Shown piece by piece: positions 57,969-64,000 of a stretch of DNA of 64,000 nucleotides. Under the pieces are notes generated by a model, which searched no databases, was not told the DNA's origin, and saw only the letters and a program-made list of their open reading frames with translations. Source of the DNA: an uncultured Candidatus Saccharibacteria bacterium (lineage in GTDB: Bacteria > Patescibacteriota > UBA1384 > CAYGGE01); the NCBI GenBank assembly GCA_964349485.1, contig CAYGGE010000002.1, forward strand, positions 72,060 to 136,059. The letters run 5' to 3'. A program made the translations under genes and the position numbers. The stretch's first letter is position 1. Every line of letters starts with the position of its first letter.

Positions 57969-58119
57969 TGGAGCTCTAGGATACCTGATAAGTCAGTTTT
58001 TCACAAGTTTTAATCGGCTATTAGTAAGGTATTAAAAACAGTTTGTAACAGTGAATTATCATTGTCTTCGCCTATGATGTATTATAGTTATAGATAATAC
58101 CCATATACGTAGGAGGCAT

Positions 58120-59712
58120 ATGAAACGTTTCATCTATACGGCAGTCGTACTAACTGTAGGGCTAACTAACATGCCTGTCCTGGCGCAAGTTAATTCACCT
58201 GAAACTATACCATCCGCTGTGCCATCTGCGACGAGTAGCAGCCAAGCGACAGATTCACCTGAGGCGAGTCCAGTCGTATCGACAGAGGCAACTGAAACTT
58301 CAAACTCTACAACAACTCCTAGAAGTAGTTGGTACTCAATTGTGGTCAAAAAACTACAACGGTTTTTCACCATAGACAAGGTCAAGCGATCACAACTAAC
58401 TCTAGAGCTCGGGGCTGCACTGCTTTCGCAAGTTCAAGCCGAGGAGGCTACTGGTCAGACTAGCAAGGCCCTTTCGACCCTGGATAAGTATAATCGTGAG
58501 ATGGGTTACCTTTCAGTCGCGTCAGCTGTTCTGGCTAAAAATACAGACGATCCAAGGATAACCACATTTCTTGATACCTTACTTGTCGAAAAAACGCAAC
58601 AACTCACGACTCTCGATACGATTGTTCCAGAATCAGCCGACTCAGTTGCTCGTAAACTAATCCGGATTCGATCGCAGGCCATTCGTGAGATCACGAAAAT
58701 TGTCTCTAACCCAGAACTGTCGACGGTAGAACGGGAAAGAAAATTGGCGAAAGTCATGGCGAAATATAGTGAGAAAGAGACGAGACTTGAAGCGAAGATT
58801 GCAAAGAAGCTCGCTTTAACTTCAGCAATGAGTGAGAATAATGAAGAACAGGTATTTGAAGTTGAGCTACAGGAACAAGAAGATAAGACACTCGAGGATG
58901 TCGACGAACTCGATCACGATTCGATCAATAAATTGGGCAAATCAATCAGTGGTCTTTCTATTGAACAGCGCCTACCCTTACTGGCCAGGTTACGCCTCAA
59001 GGTAGAGACTAATGACATTGATGACGATATCGATGAAGCTATAGACGAATTGGAGCACAATGCGTCGGCAAAGCGTCATGTGATCGGGCGACTGAGTGAC
59101 GACGATGATTTCGAAGATATAATTTCAGTTATCGAGGAAAGAGATGAAAAACTAAGTGAGCTACTCAAACAAAATAAGGAATTAGAAAAAAAGGATTCTG
59201 AGACCAAACGTGAAGAGCAAAAGAAGGCTAATGAACAAAAGCTTGAACAGTTGAAGGAAGCATCGAGTAAGAAACAGGAAAAATCGAAAAAGACCAAAGA
59301 GGACAAAATTGATAAGAAGGGTCGGTCGGCTGAATTGCCGAGCAATTCGACGGAGAAGACGGAACCAACAGCAAGGCCTTCTGCAACAACAGGTGCGACA
59401 GAGGCCTCAACCAGTGCTAGCTCAAGCCCCTCGAGCACCAAAGAGCCTTCTGAGCAAGAAAAAACTACAGTTGAAATTAAGATCAAAGAGGGTCGTTTCG
59501 ATAAAACGAGTTACAGCGTAAAGAAGGGTAGTCTGTTGACCGTCAAAGTTAAAAACGAGGACGACGATTCTCGAACCATAACCCTGTCCAATGGTCAGTC
59601 GTCAGGCGTGCTTGCTGAAGATCAAACCAAAAGTCTATCTGCGTTTACGATCAATGGGACCGTGACTTTTGAAAGCGCTGGCGTGGGTAGCGGATTAATC
59701 ACAGCTGAGTAG
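58120..59712 (+). CDS. Secreted protein with a K/E-rich coiled-coil centre and a C-terminal beta-rich domain (hypothetical)
   Basis: Signal peptide present. A long charged helical region, then a C-terminal domain of about 90 aa. No family recognised. Confidence 0.5.
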   Translation: MKRFIYTAVVLTVGLTNMPVLAQVNSPETIPSAVPSATSSSQATDSPEASPVVSTEATETSNSTTTPRSSWYSIVVKKLQRFFTIDKVKRSQLTLELGAALLSQVQAEEATGQTSKALSTLDKYNREMGYLSVASAVLAKNTDDPRITTFLDTLLVEKTQQLTTLDTIVPESADSVARKLIRIRSQAIREITKIVSNPELSTVERERKLAKVMAKYSEKETRLEAKIAKKLALTSAMSENNEEQVFEVELQEQEDKTLEDVDELDHDSINKLGKSISGLSIEQRLPLLARLRLKVETNDIDDDIDEAIDELEHNASAKRHVIGRLSDDDDFEDIISVIEERDEKLSELLKQNKELEKKDSETKREEQKKANEQKLEQLKEASSKKQEKSKKTKEDKIDKKGRSAELPSNSTEKTEPTARPSATTGATEASTSASSSPSSTKEPSEQEKTTVEIKIKEGRFDKTSYSVKKGSLLTVKVKNEDDDSRTITLSNGQSSGVLAEDQTKSLSAFTINGTVTFESAGVGSGLITAE

Positions 59713-59772
59713 TTCTATCACTTGACAGTCAACTTATTGACAACTTAGTCCCCAGTTCGCTAAGATGGGTTT

Positions 59773-59890
59773 ATGTTGTCACACCACTCCATTATTAGCA
59801 CCATTATTATCCCGACTTCCGTCGGCGGTGCTTTGGTGTAGATGTAGCAACAGTCTTGACCAACAGAACCCGCCGAAAGGCGGTTTTTTT
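59773..59890 (+). promoter_or_regulatory. Transcription attenuator: a 22-codon Ile-rich leader peptide (MLSHHSIISTIIIPTSVGGALV) followed by a GNRA-loop terminator hairpin and a U7 run
   Basis: Leader ORF 59773-59841 has 5 Ile codons in 8 positions. Hairpin ccgcc-gaaa-ggcgg plus TTTTTTT lies at 59867-59890, about 47 nt before the cimA ATG. An alternative frame is Leu-rich. Confidence 0.5.
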
Positions 59891-59936
59891 GTTTCGCCCT
59901 TTTCCAACGCGCTTTGCTACTTGAAAGGAATCGGTA

Positions 59937-61523
59937 ATGAGCAACCTTGTTCGTGTGTACGATGCCACCTTGCGTGACGGACGCCAAGGCGTCGGATTCA
60001 ACCTCTCTCTAGCCGGGATGTGCCAGGTTGCAACGCTACTCGATAGAGTAGGTGTTGATTATATCGAGGCTGGTTGGCCTGGAGCGGATAAGCTCTGGGA
60101 CGACTTCATGGCCGTGATCGGTCGTGGTGAGCTGAGTCTCGTCAATTCGAAGCTCGTTAGCTTCGGATCCACACGTCGGGCCAAGCTGACAGTCGAAACT
60201 GATGAGTTGTTGCGCAAGGTCGTGGACGCACCAGTTCCAGTCGTCACTCTCTTCGGCAAATGCTGGGATCGACACGTCATTGATGCATTGCAGACAAGCC
60301 TTGAGACTAATCTGCAGATGGTTGAACAGTCCTGTCGGTTCGCGTCACTAGCTGGGAAGGAAGTTATTTTTGACGCGGAACACTTCTTCCAAGGCTATCT
60401 CGAGGGTGACCGTTCTTACAGTCTAGATGTCTTAAACGCGGCTTGCCAGGGTGGAGCGACTACTCTGGCACTCTGTGACACCAATGGTATCGCCTACCCG
60501 TGGGATATCGAGATAGTGTTGGCCGATGTTACCAAGCGTTTCGGGAGTGTCGCGACAATCGGTGTCCATCTCCACAACGATCGAGGTATGGCCGATGCTA
60601 ACACCTTGAAGGCCATTCGGTGCGGTGCACGCCATTTGCAAGGAACGTTTAACGGTCACGCTGAACGTTCTGGCATGGCGAGCACGGCAACTATTCTGGC
60701 CAATCTCCACCTGAAAGGTCAGGACTGGCGTGTTCAACTGAGCCCATCCTTCACTCCAGAGCAACTGACTTCTGTGTCACATGAGATAAACGCGCTGGCT
60801 GGACTACGTGCGAACCATTGCCAGCCGTTTGTCGGCAACTCAACAGCTGCTCATGTGGCGGGTGTCCACACTTCAGCTTTAGGTCGAGGGGGTGGAAAGA
60901 TGTACCAGAGTCATGACCCCCTGATCTTCGGCCAGAGCCCGCGGATCGTCCTATCATCGTTAGCTGGTCGAGCGAGTGTGGTGGCATTTGCGCACTCGAT
61001 GTTGAAGACTGAAGTCACCGACCAACAAACTTGCCAGATCCTGGACCTCATTGTGGTCAACGAGAGCAAGGGTTATCGTTATGACACTTGTAGCGCCTCG
61101 TCCACTTTGCTCGTTGCTCGTTGCCTGTGGCCGGATCGACACTATCCTCTCGAGAACGTGGGTGGCTTTGTCCACTCGTCGCTTGAGTCAAGTTCGTCCG
61201 GCTCCATCGCCAATATCCGTAGTGACGATGGCCGATTGAGAGCAGGCGAAGGTAACGGTCCGGTCGACGCGATCGCTAACGCGATTCTTTGGTCGCTTGC
61301 AGACTCGCATCCGGCAAGGGAACTACGTTTCGTTCGCTATGATCCGCACCAGCTGGCTGACCAACCAGGCAGCAGTGCGACCATGCGGGTTGAGGTAACC
61401 TGGCATCATCCTATGCTAGGAGAATTGGTGACGCAAGGTGTTTCGCCGAACATCTTGAAAGCCTCAGAACTGGCCGTAGTTGAGGCCGTCCAGTATGTGT
61501 CACTGATGTCAAACATCGAGTGA
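59937..61523 (+). CDS. cimA: (R)-citramalate synthase / 2-isopropylmalate synthase family (Geobacter CimA-like subfamily)
   Basis: YDATLRDGRQG, YIEAGWPGA, FGSTRRAK, FGKCWDRHV, and HLHNDRGMA motifs, plus a C-terminal regulatory domain. 528 aa. Confidence 0.75.
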   Translation: MSNLVRVYDATLRDGRQGVGFNLSLAGMCQVATLLDRVGVDYIEAGWPGADKLWDDFMAVIGRGELSLVNSKLVSFGSTRRAKLTVETDELLRKVVDAPVPVVTLFGKCWDRHVIDALQTSLETNLQMVEQSCRFASLAGKEVIFDAEHFFQGYLEGDRSYSLDVLNAACQGGATTLALCDTNGIAYPWDIEIVLADVTKRFGSVATIGVHLHNDRGMADANTLKAIRCGARHLQGTFNGHAERSGMASTATILANLHLKGQDWRVQLSPSFTPEQLTSVSHEINALAGLRANHCQPFVGNSTAAHVAGVHTSALGRGGGKMYQSHDPLIFGQSPRIVLSSLAGRASVVAFAHSMLKTEVTDQQTCQILDLIVVNESKGYRYDTCSASSTLLVARCLWPDRHYPLENVGGFVHSSLESSSSGSIANIRSDDGRLRAGEGNGPVDAIANAILWSLADSHPARELRFVRYDPHQLADQPGSSATMRVEVTWHHPMLGELVTQGVSPNILKASELAVVEAVQYVSLMSNIE

Positions 61524-61600
61524 TCTATTGCATCTAGGCTGATGGGGTATATCAGCAACGTCCCGTCCGGAGTTTCCGGACGGGCGTTTTATTTATTTAA

Positions 61601-62608
61601 CTATTTTGCTAATACTGCGTAGTAGATGCCTTCAGGATGCTTACCGAAGTACATATACCAGGTTTTGCCGACTTTCAACAGTGTCGGGTCACCGGGTGGG
61701 ATACCGCCAAAGGCATTGTTCGGGTTGTTCTTATCGGCCAATTGCCAGCTAAACTTTGGGGTAGAGAATGTGCCATCTTTGAAGACGCTATAATAGACAC
61801 CCGTGTAGGTGCTCAAATACAGCCGGATCTGACCGTCGTAGTCGATGAGTTCCGGTCCATCAGACCAACCCTTTAGTGTAGTACTGGTTCGTGTATCGAC
61901 CGCAATCCCCTTTTTGGTCCAGGTTTTGCCGTCCGGCGAGGTCGCGTAGAGTAACAGTGTCGTTTCTCGATTAGGCACCAGCTCAGCTTGGTACTGCTGC
62001 GCCAAAGTTCCCCGATAGACCATGAGGTAACTGCCATCAGCCAATTTAAGGGTAGATGGTGCGGCCACATTGGTCAGGGCTAGTCCGGCATCATTTGCGG
62101 AGTTGATTCGTGTTCCAGCTTCATCGGTAAAGGTTAAGCCGTCTTTCGATGTAGCGCTCTTGATCGCCCCAGCACCTTGGAAGTTCATACGATATGAACC
62201 GTCAGGCAGAGTAAATACGTCTGGGAATGTTGCCATGACTTTTCGATTGCCAGCCTCTTTCTTCCAGTTGATGCCGTCAGTCGAAGTGGCCGAATAGATC
62301 TCAAAGTTATTACCAGCTACCTCCGGTTGCGTTGCTGCATACATCCGATACGAGCCATCGGCTAAGGTAACAATATCTGCGTCAGCATAGGTCCCCGCCA
62401 ATGCTGGTCCCGCGTCCTGCCACTCATTGGCCGGTTGTTTCGCTGTCAGGGGCGCACCATTTGGTGGCTGCATCGGTGCTCCTGCCTGAGGCCCCGGCGG
62501 CGTCACGGGCACCTCTTTCGGACGCATGATGAAGGCGACTAGGCCAATACCGGCAACAATCACCACGACTAATCCAACCCACAAAATAACTGATCCCCGT
62601 CTTTGCAT
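61601..62608 (-). CDS. Membrane-anchored BNR/Asp-box repeat beta-propeller protein (sialidase/glycosyl-hydrolase-like)
   Basis: N-terminal TM helix and a Pro-rich linker. Three S-x-D-G-x-x-W/F Asp-box motifs (ATSTDGINW, ATSKDGLTF, ATSPDGKTW). Confidence 0.55.
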   Translation of the reverse strand: MQRRGSVILWVGLVVVIVAGIGLVAFIMRPKEVPVTPPGPQAGAPMQPPNGAPLTAKQPANEWQDAGPALAGTYADADIVTLADGSYRMYAATQPEVAGNNFEIYSATSTDGINWKKEAGNRKVMATFPDVFTLPDGSYRMNFQGAGAIKSATSKDGLTFTDEAGTRINSANDAGLALTNVAAPSTLKLADGSYLMVYRGTLAQQYQAELVPNRETTLLLYATSPDGKTWTKKGIAVDTRTSTTLKGWSDGPELIDYDGQIRLYLSTYTGVYYSVFKDGTFSTPKFSWQLADKNNPNNAFGGIPPGDPTLLKVGKTWYMYFGKHPEGIYYAVLAK

Positions 62609-62696
62609 ATCCCCTCCTTTAGTTCTTCAATGGAGTCTTAATTGTAACCCCAACAGATCATGCTTAGCAACCGCGGGTGAATTTTCTTCTAGAGGG

Positions 62697-63461
62697 CTAG
62701 GTTGCTTTTCGAAATAGCCGACTCGCCAGTGGGCCGAAGATCGCGACGATGCCAACTCCCCAAGCTAGAGTGCGCCAGACAGCGTCGATTGACCCGGCCC
62801 CTGTAGTGAGGTAGCGGATTGCATTAACGACCTGGGTGACCGGTTGATTTTTAGCGAATACCTGCAGCCACTCAGGCATGGTTTGGACGGGCACGAAGAC
62901 CGCGCTGGCAAAGACCAGCGGGAAAATCCAGATAAAGCTTGAAACTTGGGCAGTTTCCGAGTCCTTGACCGCTAAGCCGATCGTGAGAGAGATCCAGGAA
63001 AAGGCAAAGCCAAAAAGTACTGCCAGTAAGATGGCCGCCACGGCTGACAAGAATCCTTGCTCAAAGCGGAATCCGAGACCGTAACCAACCGAGATCATGA
63101 TCAGGACGACGAAGACGTTACGTATTGCATCGGCCAACGTTCGTCCAGCTACAATTGAGCCTCGGGAGATGGGTAAGCTCGATAAACGGTCCACAACTCC
63201 TTTTGAGATATCTTCAGCCATGCCGACGCCGGTTTGGACAGACCCAAAAAGGGCTGTTTGCGCCAATATCCCCGGTAGCAGGAATGTAATATAAGCCACG
63301 TCATTTAAGGCGCCACTGCCGATCGCCCCGCCGAAAACGAAGTTAAAGAGCAGCAGAAAGATGATCGGTTGGATACTTGAGAAGAACAGAAGCTGAGGTG
63401 TCCGCTTGATACGGGTCAGGTTACGTAGCGCAATAGTAAAGATGTCTTGGAAGAAGGTCAT
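62697..63461 (-). CDS. ABC-2 type transporter permease
   Basis: Six-TM profile. The start overlaps the upstream ATPase stop. Confidence 0.7.
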   Translation of the reverse strand: MTFFQDIFTIALRNLTRIKRTPQLLFFSSIQPIIFLLLFNFVFGGAIGSGALNDVAYITFLLPGILAQTALFGSVQTGVGMAEDISKGVVDRLSSLPISRGSIVAGRTLADAIRNVFVVLIMISVGYGLGFRFEQGFLSAVAAILLAVLFGFAFSWISLTIGLAVKDSETAQVSSFIWIFPLVFASAVFVPVQTMPEWLQVFAKNQPVTQVVNAIRYLTTGAGSIDAVWRTLAWGVGIVAIFGPLASRLFRKAT

Positions 63462-64000
63462 TATGTATTCTCCTTTTTCTTTTTGCCGGTGACCGCTAAG
63501 AAAACGTCATCGAGGCTGGGCCGGTGGAAGGAGATTTCGTCTGGTTCAACGCCAGCTGTTTGAAGCGCTTGGGCAACTGCAAGGAGGGTCTTACTTCCTT
63601 GTTTGGCCGGCAGTCTAAATGCACCCGTTGCTTCAACCTCTGTTAATTCTGTTTTGTTGATGCCCTCAAGCACTACCCTACCTTTTTCTCGCCCGCTCTC
63701 TTTGAAGTGAATCTCTACGATATCCGCCCCAAGTGAGTTCTTAAGCTCGGCCGGCGTTCCCTGAACGGCGATCTTGCCGTGATCGATCATGGTGATGTAG
63801 TTACAAAGGGCGTCAGCTTCTTCGAGGTATTGAGTAGTCAGCAGTACTGTAGACCCATCTCGAGCCAAGCCACGGATAACCTCCCACAGCTCCAACCTGG
63901 TCCGTGGGTCAAGACCAGTCGTTGGCTCGTCTAGAAAGATGACTTTAGGTCGAAACATGAGGCTCGCTGCCAGATCGAGCCGACGACGCATGCCGCCGGA
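63461..64000 (-). CDS. ABC transporter ATP-binding protein; C-terminal part only, because the gene runs past the window end
   Basis: Walker B / D-loop region VIFLDEPTTGLDP and an H-loop region. The N-terminus with Walker A lies beyond nt 64000. Confidence 0.75.
   Translation of the reverse strand, partial: SGGMRRRLDLAASLMFRPKVIFLDEPTTGLDPRTRLELWEVIRGLARDGSTVLLTTQYLEEADALCNYITMIDHGKIAVQGTPAELKNSLGADIVEIHFKESGREKGRVVLEGINKTELTEVEATGAFRLPAKQGSKTLLAVAQALQTAGVEPDEISFHRPSLDDVFLAVTGKKKKENT

Noticed and set aside
59765-59977. 70-codon ORF overlapping the cimA attenuator (Leu-rich frame)
   Set aside because: It runs through the terminator hairpin into the cimA start and has no SD. It is retained only as an alternative reading (PLLAPLL) of the leader codons, noted in the attenuator finding.
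1-64000. Mobile-element genes (transposase, integrase, recombinase, relaxase), rRNA or tRNA genes
   Set aside because: None of the translated ORFs shows DDE, tyrosine or serine recombinase or relaxase motifs. No rRNA-like or cloverleaf tRNA sequences were found on either strand. The GC-rich island is therefore called only on composition.

Overview
This 64-kb window has about 45-52% GC (hand counts of sample 60-nt stretches) and is densely packed with housekeeping genes from a small-genome bacterium. A sortase-type surface protein and type IV pilins suggest a Gram-positive-like envelope; the lineage cannot be fixed from sequence alone.

Supported content, roughly in order:
- The 3' end of a prepilin peptidase gene, followed by a six-gene operon of type IV pilin-like or pseudopilin genes.
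- rnhA, ileS, and a SEDS (FtsW/RodA) gene.
- rplU-secE-nusG-rplK; dprA-topA-recR-cysS.
- A Tyr/Gly-rich secreted protein.
- A GC-rich island (about 58-62% GC) with two secreted proteins. One of them carries an exact 294-nt tandem duplication encoding Cna-B-like domains.
- A 934-aa surface protein carrying an LVPTG sorting signal, then prfB, ybaB, pth.
- rplA, an intervening membrane protein, the rplJ leader, rplJ-rplL, and tgt.
- Two tandem paralogous membrane-anchored FtsK/VirD4-like ATPases.
- A 765-nt non-coding gap.
- On the minus strand: secDF, a CMP-kinase-like gene, NUDIX, rluA-family, a polysaccharide deacetylase, a helicase-nuclease fusion coupled to a DUF2130-like gene, gpmI, eno, pepF, trxA, a DUF4430/prenyltransferase-repeat surface cluster, pyrC, an Ile-codon attenuator plus cimA, a BNR-repeat protein, and ABC transporter genes.

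No rRNA, tRNA, CRISPR array, transposase or integrase was recognised.

Most notable observations:
- The tandem T4CP-like ATPase pair, which has no other secretion-system genes nearby.
- The GC-rich island with the perfect tandem duplication.
- Conserved N-termini of several proteins are encoded upstream of any ATG/GTG/TTG, next to SD-like motifs followed by AUC/AUA/AUU codons.
- The ribosomal-protein clusters are fragmented, and several ribosomal proteins carry low-complexity N-terminal extensions.
- A DUF2130-like gene is translationally coupled to a UvrD-RecB-type helicase-nuclease.
- An Ile-rich leader-peptide attenuator precedes a Geobacter-type citramalate synthase.
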